This document shows positions 1-9,721 of a stretch of DNA of 51,322 nt, in pieces. Under the pieces are notes generated by a model. The model was not told the DNA's origin, searched no databases, and saw only the letters and a list, made by a program, of their open reading frames with translations. Numbering within the stretch: position 1 is the stretch's first letter; the number at the start of each line of letters is the position of its first letter. This stretch comes from Smithella sp. GTDB taxonomy: Bacteria > Desulfobacterota > Syntrophia > Syntrophales > Smithellaceae. Location of the stretch: NCBI GenBank assembly GCA_039679815.1, contig JBDKUG010000191.1:1-51322 (forward strand), in the 5' to 3' direction. A program made the translations under genes and the position numbers.

Positions 1-1
1 G

Positions 2-562
2 CCGCGGCCGGAGACTACCATGGAGGGTCTTGCCAAGCTCCCGCCGGTGTTCGGACATCTCAGTACCGTCACCGGACAACCGGGAAGTGTCACGGCAGGG
101 AATGCCCCGGGTGTTAATGACGGCGGAGATGTCTGTCTGGTGATGAGCCGGGAAAAAGCCGATGAACTGGGTCTTAAGCCTATCTTTACCATTGTCGATT
201 ATGCTGAAGTGTCGCAGCCGACGAAAGATATCGCGACCGTACCGGGATTAGCCATCAAAAAGATTCTGGAACAAAACGACATGACGCTCGAACAGATGGA
301 TGTGATCGAGATCAATGAAGCCTTCGCCGCGGTAGCGCTGGTGAGCTGCCGCTCCATTCTGGGGATGACGAAAGAAGAGATGTTTAAAAAGGTGAACATC
401 AACGGCGGAGCGGTGGCCTACGGCCATCCCATCGGCGCGACCGGCGCCCGGATCGCCATGACGCTGGGGTATGAACTGAAGCGACGAGGCGGCGGCTGGG
501 GGGTCTGCGGCATTTGCTCGGGTCACGCTCAGGGCGACGCGATGCTGATTCGCGTAGATTAA
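2..562 (+). CDS. acetyl-CoA acetyltransferase (thiolase), C-terminal part; 5' end lies outside the window
   Basis: The frame is open from the window edge. The translation (...VTAGNAPGVNDGG...EINEAFAAVAL...NINGGAVAYGHPIGATGARI...) is typical of the thiolase C-terminal domain. Stop at 560-562. Confidence 0.85.
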   Translation, partial: PRPETTMEGLAKLPPVFGHLSTVTGQPGSVTAGNAPGVNDGGDVCLVMSREKADELGLKPIFTIVDYAEVSQPTKDIATVPGLAIKKILEQNDMTLEQMDVIEINEAFAAVALVSCRSILGMTKEEMFKKVNINGGAVAYGHPIGATGARIAMTLGYELKRRGGGWGVCGICSGHAQGDAMLIRVD

Positions 563-575
563 TCACATAGCGGTT

Positions 576-1223
576 ATGATGACAACCCTGTTCACTATTT
601 TTGCTTCTTCCTTTATCATTGCACTCTCCGGCGCTTTAATGCCGGGGCCGCTTTTGACCGCGACGATCAGTGAAAGTTCGCAGCGCGGCTTTATCGCCGG
701 ACCGCTGATGATTGCCGGACACGCCGTTCTGGAGCTGGCGCTTGTCATCGCTCTCCTTGCGGGTCTCGCACCGTTCTTTCAGCTGCCGGTTGTATTTGTG
801 GCTGTAGCTCTAAGCGGTGCAGCCATCCTCCTCTGGATGGCCGTCGGAATGTTTCGGGGTCTGCCAACACTTACCCTGTCGTGGGAAGGAAAGCAAAAAC
901 GGCTGAAACATCCGATGATCAGCGGCATATTGATGAGCGTCTCGAATCCTTACTGGATTATCTGGTGGGCAACAATCGGTTTGGGGTATATTCTTTATTC
1001 ATGGCAGTTTGGCGTCTGGGGCATAGCTTTTTTCTTTGCCGGACATATCCTGGCGGACCTGATCTGGTATTCATTCATCTCGGCTGCCGTCTCCGGGGGA
1101 CGGCAGTTTCTGACGGATCGTCTTTACCGCGGCCTGATTGCCTGTTGCGCTGTTTTTCTGGTGGTGTTTGCCGGCTACTTTGCCTACGCGGGTTTCGCCC
1201 GCTTGCAGGCCATCATTTCATAG
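576..1223 (+). CDS. LysE/RhtB-family amino-acid exporter-like membrane protein
   Basis: 215-aa ORF that is hydrophobic throughout. The N-terminus (...ALSGALMPGPLLTATI...) resembles LysE-type translocators. It starts 13 nt after the thiolase stop. Confidence 0.65.
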   Translation: MMTTLFTIFASSFIIALSGALMPGPLLTATISESSQRGFIAGPLMIAGHAVLELALVIALLAGLAPFFQLPVVFVAVALSGAAILLWMAVGMFRGLPTLTLSWEGKQKRLKHPMISGILMSVSNPYWIIWWATIGLGYILYSWQFGVWGIAFFFAGHILADLIWYSFISAAVSGGRQFLTDRLYRGLIACCAVFLVVFAGYFAYAGFARLQAIIS

Positions 1224-1257
1224 TTGTGATTTGATCAGGACAAATCATTATTCAATA

Positions 1258-1695
1258 TTAAGATTCGGTTATATCCACCTGTATCTCTTTCGGCAATGGT
1301 TCAAAGGTTGCCTTAACCGCCCCCGGAATGGAGCGCAGTGTGCCTTTCCGGGCATCCACGAAAACCCAGTTGGTTTCTCCCTCCGCCAGCACGGCCTTGT
1401 CTGCCGGACGCAGGATTTTGTATTTACGCAGCGACTGCACGCGGCGTAAATCGGCAATCCAGGTTTCCACCACAATCCTGTCGCCGGCAAATGCAGGTTT
1501 GAAATATTCAATTTTGTGCGCGCGCACCACCCAGGTGGCACCGGCGGCTTCTGTCGCCTGCGTGCACCCGACCGTGTCCGAGTGTTTCATCGCGGCATCC
1601 TGCATCCAGCGCAGATATTCAACATTATTCACATGTCCGTTTTGATCCTCCGCCTCTTCCGGCACGGTGAATTCATAACGATAGATCCTCTGCAT
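1258..1695 (-). CDS. acyl-CoA thioesterase, 4HBT/YbgC-like hotdog fold
   Basis: Translation MQRIYRYEFTVPEEAEDQNGHVNNVEYLRWMQDAA... is typical of YbgC-type thioesterases. The ATG at 1695 is preceded by AGGAG; the ORF track extends to 1713. Confidence 0.75.
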   Translation of the reverse strand: MQRIYRYEFTVPEEAEDQNGHVNNVEYLRWMQDAAMKHSDTVGCTQATEAAGATWVVRAHKIEYFKPAFAGDRIVVETWIADLRRVQSLRKYKILRPADKAVLAEGETNWVFVDARKGTLRSIPGAVKATFEPLPKEIQVDITES

Positions 1696-1805
1696 AGGAC
1701 TCCTGAAAAACATGCAATTTGTTCAGTGCTGCGACAAAGTATAAGGCTGTCTGGCAGGAGTGTCAAATATATTTCAGCCAACACGTATGCAATCACGGAC
1801 ATGAA

Positions 1806-1847
1806 AACAAGAAACCGTGTCAGATATATCCGGCACGGTTTCTTGTT
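1806..1847 (-). terminator. intrinsic terminator downstream of the DegT/Fe-ADH operon
   Basis: Perfect 14-bp stem AACAAGAAACCGTG / CACGGTTTCTTGTT. On the minus strand it runs into TTTTCAT, about 58 nt after the stop of the 1905-3113 gene. Confidence 0.5.
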
Positions 1848-1904
1848 CATTAAAAATAATTGCGGGGCCCGACCGGTCTCAATATGACCGGTAAAGATAA
1901 TTAT

Positions 1905-3113
1905 TTAGATATTCTTTGCGGCCTTTTCGATGGCCTTTCTGATGGTGTCAAGTCTCTCATTGCTCATCCTGACGGAAATTCCCATCACCAGTGTCCGCCC
2001 CAGAATATCCTCCGCATGGGGAATGGTTTCCCGCGAATACTGAACCTTGCCTTTGTACAGCGGATCGGTAAACGGATGCTTCCTGGAGTTGGCTGTTGAA
2101 AACGCCAGGAAATGCTCCCAGTTGGGAACATAGTGCCACAGGTTATTTTTGTAGCAGGTCGTATCAACGCCTTCGGCGTCCAGCAGTTTCTGGAATGTGA
2201 GCGCCGTCTGCTCTTCAGGCAAATTGAATGCCAGAAAAGTCGCGGAATCCCCCTCGGGATCCTGCTTGGCGCGGAATCCCACACCGGGTATGGCGGCAAG
2301 CGCATCCATAATAATCTTTTTGTTCTTCTTCTGCTCGCCGATGAGGTAATCCAGTTTCCTTAGCTGCGCCAGTCCTAAAGCGCCCTGAAGTTCATTCATC
2401 CGGTAGTTGAATCCGAGAATGGTCCTGCCTTCGAGTGCACGGCCGACATTGGGATTGTGATCGTGACCGTGATCGGAGTACCATTCCGAACGGAGGTAAA
2501 GATCGCGGTTGTTGGTGATCACCATTCCGCCTTCACCGGTTGTTACGGTTTTGACATAGTCAAAACTGAAGGTTCCCATATCGCCGAAGCCGCCCAGTTT
2601 TTTGCCTTTGAAGCTCGCTCCGCAGCCCTGTGCATTGTCTTCCAGTACCAGCAGGTTGTTTTTCCGGGCAACCTCGACGATCCGGTCGATGTTGGCGGCC
2701 AGTCCGCACATGTGGACAGGAATGACGGCCTTGGTATAGGCGGTCTTCTTCTTTTCAATTTCATCGGGATCCAGGTTCAGCGTGTCGTCAATATCCACCA
2801 TGATCGGAATTGCGCCGACTTCCAGCACCGCTTCGTATGTGGCCAAAAACGTGAAGGCTGGCACCAGCACATCATCGCCGCGCCCGACATCCATCGCTTC
2901 CAGAGCGACTTTCAGCGCCGAAGAACCGGACGTAACACCCAATGCGTGGGTGACACCGCAGTATCTGGCAAAATCCTCTTCAAATTGACGAACCTTGTAG
3001 ACACCCTTTCTTTCTTTGTCAAACCCGTATCGCATCAGGACGCCGGTTTCCAGCACATCCATGACTTCCTTGATTTCTTCCTTGCCGATCAGTTCAGCTC
3101 CTGCCATATTCAT
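1905..3113 (-). CDS. DegT/DnrJ/EryC1/StrS-family PLP-dependent aminotransferase
   Basis: 402-aa ORF with ...FEEDFARYCGVTHALGVTSGSSALKVAL...VLVPAFTFLATYEAV...SFDYVKTVTTGEGGMV..., the family-typical layout including the Lys-containing SFxxxK segment. Confidence 0.85.
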   Translation of the reverse strand: MNMAGAELIGKEEIKEVMDVLETGVLMRYGFDKERKGVYKVRQFEEDFARYCGVTHALGVTSGSSALKVALEAMDVGRGDDVLVPAFTFLATYEAVLEVGAIPIMVDIDDTLNLDPDEIEKKKTAYTKAVIPVHMCGLAANIDRIVEVARKNNLLVLEDNAQGCGASFKGKKLGGFGDMGTFSFDYVKTVTTGEGGMVITNNRDLYLRSEWYSDHGHDHNPNVGRALEGRTILGFNYRMNELQGALGLAQLRKLDYLIGEQKKNKKIIMDALAAIPGVGFRAKQDPEGDSATFLAFNLPEEQTALTFQKLLDAEGVDTTCYKNNLWHYVPNWEHFLAFSTANSRKHPFTDPLYKGKVQYSRETIPHAEDILGRTLVMGISVRMSNERLDTIRKAIEKAAKNI

Positions 3114-3127
3114 CTATCCTTTCTGGT

Positions 3128-4285
3128 TTAAAAAGCCTGCGCGTAAATCGCAATCATTTCTTCTTTTGTCATTTTGCGCGGATTGTTCTCCAGCGGCCGC
3201 GCAACGGTCATGGCCACATCCGCCAGTGACGGAAAATCGTCCTCCTTCACGTCAAAATCCCGTATCGAGGAAGTGATACCGCAATCTTCAATCAATGATT
3301 CAACCGCGTCCACGGCCAGGTAGGCGGCTTCACGCAGCGGGAGCCCGTCGATGCATTCCCCCATCGCCTCGGCAACGTCGGCAAACTTTTCCAGCGCTCC
3401 GGGCAGATTAAACGCCATGACCGGTGCCAGCAGGATCGTATTGGCCAGTCCGTGACCAACGCCAAACTTCCCTCCCAGCGGGTAAGACAGGGAATGAAGG
3501 GCGGTGACGCCCGCGTTGGCCAGGCCGATGCCCGCATAAAGGCTGCCCAGCAGCATTCTTTCCCGGGCGGTAATGTTTTTGCCGTCATGCACACAGGTGC
3601 GCAGATTCTCGGCAATCAGCGCGATGGCTTCGAGTGAAAACATTTCGCTGAGCGGTGAAGCGTTGATTGACGTATAGGATTCGATCGCGTGGCACAAAGC
3701 GTCCAGACCGGTGTACGCCGTGGGCTCCGGCGGGAGGCTGAGCGTAAGTTCCGGATCCAGAAGCGCCAGATCGGGATAAAGATGCGGACTGTTCATTCCT
3801 TCTTTCTTTTTGAGGTTCTTGCGAATAAAAACCGCGGTGAATGTCACTTCGCTACCGGTGCCCGCAGTCGTGGGAATCATGATTTTGGGCAGACCCGGTT
3901 TCGGGACTTTATTCAACCCCAGATAATCTACCGCAGCACCCTTATTGGTTGCAATCACGGCAATGGCCTTAGCCACGTCCATGGCGGAACCGCCGCCTAT
4001 GCCGATCACACTGTCGCATTTATTTTTCAGAGACAGCGCTGCGCCTTCATCCGCCAGTTCGATGCGGGGTTCCGGTTCCACCCTGTCAAATAAGGTAAAC
4101 TTGATGCCCTCGGACACCAGAATGCTGGCGATTTTTTCCTGCAGTCCGGTTTTCGCGAGATTTTTATCCATAACAACCAGAGGATTTTGTGCGTGATGTT
4201 CTTTAAGATGTGAAGCAAGGGTTAGAAGCGATCCGTTGCCGAAGATAATTTTTTTGGCGCCGGTAAACGAAAATATTTTTCTCAT
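3128..4285 (-). CDS. iron-containing (group III) alcohol dehydrogenase
   Basis: 385-aa ORF with GIGGGSAMDVAKAIA and ...TGLDALCHAIESYTS... motifs. It sits 14 nt upstream of the aminotransferase on the same strand. Confidence 0.85.
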   Translation of the reverse strand: MRKIFSFTGAKKIIFGNGSLLTLASHLKEHHAQNPLVVMDKNLAKTGLQEKIASILVSEGIKFTLFDRVEPEPRIELADEGAALSLKNKCDSVIGIGGGSAMDVAKAIAVIATNKGAAVDYLGLNKVPKPGLPKIMIPTTAGTGSEVTFTAVFIRKNLKKKEGMNSPHLYPDLALLDPELTLSLPPEPTAYTGLDALCHAIESYTSINASPLSEMFSLEAIALIAENLRTCVHDGKNITARERMLLGSLYAGIGLANAGVTALHSLSYPLGGKFGVGHGLANTILLAPVMAFNLPGALEKFADVAEAMGECIDGLPLREAAYLAVDAVESLIEDCGITSSIRDFDVKEDDFPSLADVAMTVARPLENNPRKMTKEEMIAIYAQAF

Positions 4286-4372
4286 AATAAACGACCTCCA
4301 TCGTTACGGATTTAAGGTTTGGTTACTCTTTAAATTTCAAGGTTTTTCTTTCACGCCAAATCAGGCCTAAAG

Positions 4373-5116
4373 TCAAGTTTTTTTGTGTCTTGCATACCAA
4401 TCCATCTGACGGCAGACACCCCGGATAATCTTGACTTCGCGCGACAGAAGGCCGGAACGGGCAAAAAACCGGCGCAGGTCCAGCATCCAGTATTCCGGGT
4501 TTTCCGGATTTAAAAATCCGATTCCGGACAGCAGATCTTTGATTTGCCGATACATGCCTTCCGTCTCAGACGATAAAGCAAGTTTGGGAGAAGCCTCCGC
4601 CGCGGTTGCCGCAGCCGGCGATGCAACAAATATCTCATAGCAGAGAATCATGACCGCCTGGGAAAGGTTCAGCGAAGTGAATTCGCGCGACGTCGGAATG
4701 GTGACCACGCTGTGACAGAGGCGCAGCTGATCATTGGCCAGCCCCGTGTCTTCCGGACCGAACAAAAGTGCGATTTTGTTGTTTTGCGAAAGACCGGCGA
4801 TATTTTGCGCCGCCGTACGTGGAGATACAAACGGCCCGCGGGCCTTGCCGATGCGTGCTGTTGTGCCCACAATGTAATTGAAACCGCCCAGCGCCTCTTC
4901 GATCGAACGCTCATAAACGATCCGATCCAAAACGTCTGCCGCAAGATGCGTGGAGCGCTGCTCCATTTCCTCACGATCAAATTCCTTTGCACCCACCACA
5001 ACGATTCGGGTTATTCCCATATTCTTGGCCGCCCGCGCCACCGAACCGATATTGCCGGCATACTTTGGCCTGAATAAAACAATACTGATATTTTTCGTTT
5101 TGGCTTTGAGTGACAT
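4373..5116 (-). CDS. trmJ: SpoU/TrmH-class tRNA 2'-O-methyltransferase, TrmJ-like
   Basis: Contains NISIVLFRPKYAGNIGSVARAAKNMG...ALLFGPEDTGL...SLNLSQAVMILCYEI plus a C-terminal extension. The ATG at 5116 is preceded by GGAGGAGG; the ORF track extends to 5203. Confidence 0.75.
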   Translation of the reverse strand: MSLKAKTKNISIVLFRPKYAGNIGSVARAAKNMGITRIVVVGAKEFDREEMEQRSTHLAADVLDRIVYERSIEEALGGFNYIVGTTARIGKARGPFVSPRTAAQNIAGLSQNNKIALLFGPEDTGLANDQLRLCHSVVTIPTSREFTSLNLSQAVMILCYEIFVASPAAATAAEASPKLALSSETEGMYRQIKDLLSGIGFLNPENPEYWMLDLRRFFARSGLLSREVKIIRGVCRQMDWYARHKKT

Positions 5117-5206
5117 CAGCCACCTCCTCCAAACTGGTAGAGGCCTTATAAAACCGCCCGAAAAGAAATGCACGAAGAATTTACGGTGGTCAGGGGAAGT
5201 CAATCT

Positions 5207-5893
5207 TCAACAAAACTCAATCTGACCGAAGCTTGTCGGATCGTGAAAATTCCTCTCCCGAAGCGGTGACCAGGAAAGCCAGTGGGGATGAGAGGTCTCA
5301 TTGCCGCATTTATAAAAATTAGCTTGCCAGATTTGTCCCGCCACGGCGCCAATCGGCCCTGTGTATTTTTCTAAAACTGCAAAAGGAATTGAAAATTCCA
5401 GATGCCAGACCATCGGTGTCGGAATTTCCGGCTCGACCATTCGGGGCAGAGTTGAAAAACGCCGGATTTGCCGGTCATCACTCGATGCCAGCGGCTGAAA
5501 TTCTTTCAAACGGCCATCCCTACGCACAGGATTGGTCACATGGGAGGCGAGAAGTGCGCCGCCGCCATTAAACTCAAAATTAAAGTAGCCTCCGTCAACG
5601 TTCGGCTGCACAAAAAACTCCACACAGCTGTCTTTCCAGACATCGCTTTGAAAACCGGTATGGACCGAGCGCACGTACTGATCTTCCACACGGAAAATGC
5701 CATAAATATTCCGGTCATTATACAGCAGTTTACACAGTGTTCGGGGTTGATGAGAGCTCCCTTCAGGCCGGCGGCAATCCACGGCGAGAGGCGGAGCATG
5801 ACGCCAGACGGCGCCCTGCCATATCCCCTGCATTTCGGGAAGTTGGCGGGTAAATAATATTTTGTAGGATGGCTGATTTATGACATTTATCAT
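5207..5893 (-). CDS. carbohydrate-binding family 9-like domain protein (hypothetical)
   Basis: ~228-aa ORF. Segments ...DSCVEFFVQP...YFNFEFN...ANFYKCGNETSHPHWLSWSP... resemble CBM9-like/DOMON-like proteins. The assignment is from memory of the family only. Confidence 0.45.
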   Translation of the reverse strand: MINVINQPSYKILFTRQLPEMQGIWQGAVWRHAPPLAVDCRRPEGSSHQPRTLCKLLYNDRNIYGIFRVEDQYVRSVHTGFQSDVWKDSCVEFFVQPNVDGGYFNFEFNGGGALLASHVTNPVRRDGRLKEFQPLASSDDRQIRRFSTLPRMVEPEIPTPMVWHLEFSIPFAVLEKYTGPIGAVAGQIWQANFYKCGNETSHPHWLSWSPLRERNFHDPTSFGQIEFC

Positions 5894-5929
5894 TTGCTGC
5901 AATGCCTGTTTTTTGCTAATTCAACATTC

Positions 5930-6592
5930 ATGAACCCGGATATGCTCTACCTTCAGCAGAACGCCAGACTCCTGGGCGTCGAACTTGATGAAAAACAACT
6001 CGCCCTTTTTGATTTATACCAAAATGAGCTCTTAAAGTGGAACGAGAAAACCAACCTGATCTCTGAAAAAACGACAGGCGATATCGTAAAGCGTCATTTT
6101 CTGGATTCGCTGACGGCGGCCCGTTTTATCACTCTTCCACACTCCAGGATCGTGGATGTAGGTTCCGGCGCAGGGTTTCCGGGCATCCCTTTAAAAATTT
6201 CTCTTCCGTCCATACAACTTTACCTTCTGGAATCCAATCGCAAAAAGGTATCTTTTTTAAAACAGGTTATACGCCTTTTGAAACTGGAAAACACGTTCAT
6301 CATCCATGACCGGACGGAAAACGTCACCCGCACGGATGCGTGGCGTGAAAAATTTGAAATGGTCATCTCACGGGCCGCTTTTAAACTATCCGATCTGCTG
6401 CCCCTGGGACGGTATTTTCTCGTCCCGGAAGGCCTGTTGATAACTCTAAAGGGCCAGGACGTTTCCTCCGAATTGAAAACAGCTTTAGAAGACGAAAACA
6501 CATCAAAAATATATCAAATAAATCAATATGATATAAATAAATCGCTTTTGGGTCCGCCTCGCAAAATTATTATTGCCCGAAAGACAAAATAA
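5930..6592 (+). CDS. rsmG: 16S rRNA (guanine527-N7)-methyltransferase RsmG (GidB)
   Basis: Contains ...LLKWNEKTNLIS...IVKRHFLDSL...VDVGSGAGFPGIPLKI... and lies directly upstream of parA-parB. The start is uncertain (TTG 5894, ATG 5930 or ATG 5942). Confidence 0.85.
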   Translation: MNPDMLYLQQNARLLGVELDEKQLALFDLYQNELLKWNEKTNLISEKTTGDIVKRHFLDSLTAARFITLPHSRIVDVGSGAGFPGIPLKISLPSIQLYLLESNRKKVSFLKQVIRLLKLENTFIIHDRTENVTRTDAWREKFEMVISRAAFKLSDLLPLGRYFLVPEGLLITLKGQDVSSELKTALEDENTSKIYQINQYDINKSLLGPPRKIIIARKTK

Positions 6593-6682
6593 AGCAAAAA
6601 ACCCTTCTAAAAAACCCTTTTTTGTGTTACTCATTGCCAAAGTTTTTCAAAAAGAAATTTTCGAAAGACTTACACAAAAATA

Positions 6683-7450
6683 ATGAATAAAATCATATGC
6701 ATCGCAAATCAAAAGGGCGGCGTCGGCAAAACAACGACAGCGGTTAATTTATCTGCAGCACTTGCTGCAGCAGGAAAGAAAACTCTGCTCATCGATGCCG
6801 ACTCTCAAGGCAATGCCACCAGCGGGCTGGGCATCGACAGAATCCTTCATGGACAATCTAATTTTTACCATGCCATGATCGGACAGGTAACACTGGATTC
6901 CGTAATTGTCGAAACAGCTCTGCCCTATCTGCATATGGTTCCGTCCAATCAGGACCTGATTGGGATGGAAGTTGAATTTGTTCATCTGGAAGATCGTGAA
7001 GTGCGGCTGCGCAAGTTGTTGCAATCCATGAACGGATCCTATGATTTTATTATTATTGACTGCCCGCCGTCACTGGGTTTCATGACGGTCAACGCTCTCG
7101 TTGCCGCTCACGCTTTGATTGTTCCGCTGCAGTGCGAGTACTATGCGTTGGAGGGTCTGAGCTACCTGCTCAATACCGTCAAGCTGGTAAAAGCGAATTT
7201 AAATCCCGATCTGTCTCTGGACGGTATTTTGCTGACCATGTTTGATGCTCGAAATTCACTGGCGCATCGCGTTGCGGAGGATGTGCGCAAACATCTGGGC
7301 AGTAAGGTTTTAAAAACCATTATCCCGCGAAACGTCAGGCTTTCCGAAAGTCCGAGTCATGGATTGCCGATTATCCTGTATGACGTCAAATCGCGGGGAG
7401 CATTTGCGTATATGGCTCTGGCGGAAGAAATTCTTCGGAGGGGAATGTAA
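6683..7450 (+). CDS. parA: chromosome partitioning ATPase ParA/Soj
   Basis: Deviant Walker A IANQKGGVGKTTTAVNLS, with ...IIIDCPPSLG... Followed immediately by parB. Confidence 0.92.
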   Translation: MNKIICIANQKGGVGKTTTAVNLSAALAAAGKKTLLIDADSQGNATSGLGIDRILHGQSNFYHAMIGQVTLDSVIVETALPYLHMVPSNQDLIGMEVEFVHLEDREVRLRKLLQSMNGSYDFIIIDCPPSLGFMTVNALVAAHALIVPLQCEYYALEGLSYLLNTVKLVKANLNPDLSLDGILLTMFDARNSLAHRVAEDVRKHLGSKVLKTIIPRNVRLSESPSHGLPIILYDVKSRGAFAYMALAEEILRRGM

Positions 7451-8308
7451 ATGGCGCAAAAAAAAGACGCGCTGGGCAAGGGACTGGGTGCTATTTTTCC
7501 CGATTTACTCGAAAAAAATAACGGCAAAAGTGTACCAACCAGCACTTGCGGTATTGAGGAGCTGCGCCCGAACCGGTATCAACCCCGGAAAACGTTTAAC
7601 GACGAAGACCAGAAGAGACTCGTCGCTTCCATAAAGCAAACCGGCATCATTCAGCCGATCATTGTCCGCAAAACCGAACAGGGTTATGAAATTATTGCCG
7701 GAGAGCGGCGGTGGAGAGCGGCACAAATGGCAGGTTTAAAGGACGTTCCGATTGTCGTGCGGAAAGCCTCGGATCTGGAGGTGGCCCAATTATCTCTGAT
7801 TGAAAATTTGCTGCGCGAAGAGCTCAATCCCCTGGAAGAAGCCGATGCCTACCTCACACTGATGGAAAAGTTCAACCTTTCGCAGGAGTCGATATCTGCA
7901 CAGGTCGGTAAAGATCGTTCGACGATTGCCAATACTGTCCGGCTTTTAAAGCTGCCAGCCAGGGCCAAGACCGCTCTGGTGGAAAAAAAAATCACGTCGG
8001 GTCATGCACGCTGTCTTTTGGCGCTTTCCTCAATGGAAGAACAGTTGACCATGTTGGATCTTATTTTAAAACGAGATCTTAACGTCCGGGAAACAGAAAA
8101 ATTGATAACCCGGTTAAAGCAAAAGCCCGGTGAAAAAAAGGCCATTGTAAAAGATCGTTACATGTCGGATCTTGAAAAATCCCTGACGGTCAAATGTATG
8201 GCGAGGGTGCAGATCAAAGGGTCAGCCAATAAAGGTGCAATTGAAATCACATACAAATCCATGGATGAATTAAACCGTCTGGCGCGCTATCTGCTGGATG
8301 AACTGTAA
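7451..8308 (+). CDS. parB: chromosome partitioning protein ParB/Spo0J
   Basis: Contains ...NRYQPRK.F....L..L..SI...G..QPI.VR...YEIIAGERRWRAA... (the ParB box GERRWRAA). The start abuts the parA stop. Confidence 0.92.
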   Translation: MAQKKDALGKGLGAIFPDLLEKNNGKSVPTSTCGIEELRPNRYQPRKTFNDEDQKRLVASIKQTGIIQPIIVRKTEQGYEIIAGERRWRAAQMAGLKDVPIVVRKASDLEVAQLSLIENLLREELNPLEEADAYLTLMEKFNLSQESISAQVGKDRSTIANTVRLLKLPARAKTALVEKKITSGHARCLLALSSMEEQLTMLDLILKRDLNVRETEKLITRLKQKPGEKKAIVKDRYMSDLEKSLTVKCMARVQIKGSANKGAIEITYKSMDELNRLARYLLDEL

Positions 8309-8320
8309 TAGAGACAATAT

Positions 8321-8348
8321 CAACCTATCCACAGTTGTTGATAGGTTG
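8321..8348. promoter_or_regulatory. DnaA-box-like 9-mer embedded in a 9-bp inverted repeat just upstream of dnaA
   Basis: CTATCCACA (8325-8333) has one mismatch to TTATCCACA. The flanking arms CAACCTATC (8321-8329) and GATAGGTTG (8340-8348) are perfectly complementary. Confidence 0.4.
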
Positions 8349-8365
8349 TTTACTAAAGGGTGAAG

Positions 8366-9721
8366 ATGGAATCAGTTTGGGACAAAGCTACTAAAATCAT
8401 TCAGGATAAAGTTTCAAAACAGAACTTTGACACCTGGATAAAACCCATCAAAATCATGGCAATGGAAGATAAGTGTATTCAGTTGGCTGTTCCGAATAAA
8501 TTTTTTAAGGACTGGCTGATGGATAATTATTTATCCATGATTAAAAATACCCTGCACAATGTAATCGGCATCAATGTTGATATTGATTTTATTTTAAGCA
8601 GGGATAAGGAAAAAAAGCCGGAAGCAGCGGTATTGCCGTTTGAACAGGACCGTAATCAGGCTGGAAACAGTCACGCCAACCGTAATAAGAACATTTCGTT
8701 TTTAAACGGCAATTATACATTTGACCGTTTCGTTGTTGGTCCGTCCAACCAGTTTGCTCATGCTGCTTCCATTGCCGTGGCCAAGCAGCCGGCAAAAAAC
8801 TATAATCCCCTTTTTATTTACGGCGGTTCAGGGCTGGGAAAAACACATCTGCTCAATGCTATTGGTCTGATGACAACCGCCTCTCATCCCGATTTGAATG
8901 TCATGTATGTGTCGGCGGAAGCCTTCATGAATGAAATGATCAATTCCATCCGTTACGACCGAATGTCGAAATTTCGCGAAAAATATCGGAACATCGGATC
9001 ATTGCTGATTGATGATATTCATTTTCTGGCCGGTAAGGACAGAACGCAGGAAGAATTTTTCCATACGTTCAATACCCTGCATGATTCCGGCAAGCAGATT
9101 GTCGTCACTTCCGATAAATTTCCCAAAGATATCCCAAACCTGGAGGGAAGATTACGGTCCCGGTTCGAATGGGGGTTAATTGCCGATATTCAACCACCGG
9201 AAATTGAAACAAAAATCGCTATTATCGAAAAGAAAATGCACGAAATTAAAATCGAGCTTACTCCCGCCGTTGCTCATTATATCGCGTCGTATGTGGAGTC
9301 CAACATCCGGGAACTGGAAGGTTTCCTGATCCGAATATCCGCTTATTCCTCTTTAACCAACAGGGAGATTGATCTGGATCTGGTAAAAGAAGTGCTGAAA
9401 AAACTGGTTAAACACAACAACAAAGAAGAAGTGAGTGTGGAAGAAATTATTAAAGTGGTTGCCGGAAAAATGAATGTGAAGATCGCAGATATCAAAGCCC
9501 ATAACAAGAATAAAAATCTTGTATTAGCCCGACAGGTTTCTATGTACCTTGCAAGGAAGTTAACGAACTTTTCATATCCTGATATCGGGCAGAAGATCGG
9601 CGGACGCGATCATTCAACGGTTATTTATGCAAACAATAAAATCTTAAAATCGATGGAATCAAATTTAAATTTTACAAAAATGGTTCAGGATATTGAAGAC
9701 AGTATTATCAACAAAGCGTAA
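8366..9721 (+). CDS. dnaA: chromosomal replication initiator DnaA
   Basis: Contains ...FDRFVVGPSNQFAHAA...NPLFIYGGSGLGKTHLL... and C-terminal ...ARQVSMYLARKLTNFSYPDIG..GGRDHSTV.YA... An alternative GTG start lies at 8360 (ORF track). Confidence 0.95.
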   Translation: MESVWDKATKIIQDKVSKQNFDTWIKPIKIMAMEDKCIQLAVPNKFFKDWLMDNYLSMIKNTLHNVIGINVDIDFILSRDKEKKPEAAVLPFEQDRNQAGNSHANRNKNISFLNGNYTFDRFVVGPSNQFAHAASIAVAKQPAKNYNPLFIYGGSGLGKTHLLNAIGLMTTASHPDLNVMYVSAEAFMNEMINSIRYDRMSKFREKYRNIGSLLIDDIHFLAGKDRTQEEFFHTFNTLHDSGKQIVVTSDKFPKDIPNLEGRLRSRFEWGLIADIQPPEIETKIAIIEKKMHEIKIELTPAVAHYIASYVESNIRELEGFLIRISAYSSLTNREIDLDLVKEVLKKLVKHNNKEEVSVEEIIKVVAGKMNVKIADIKAHNKNKNLVLARQVSMYLARKLTNFSYPDIGQKIGGRDHSTVIYANNKILKSMESNLNFTKMVQDIEDSIINKA

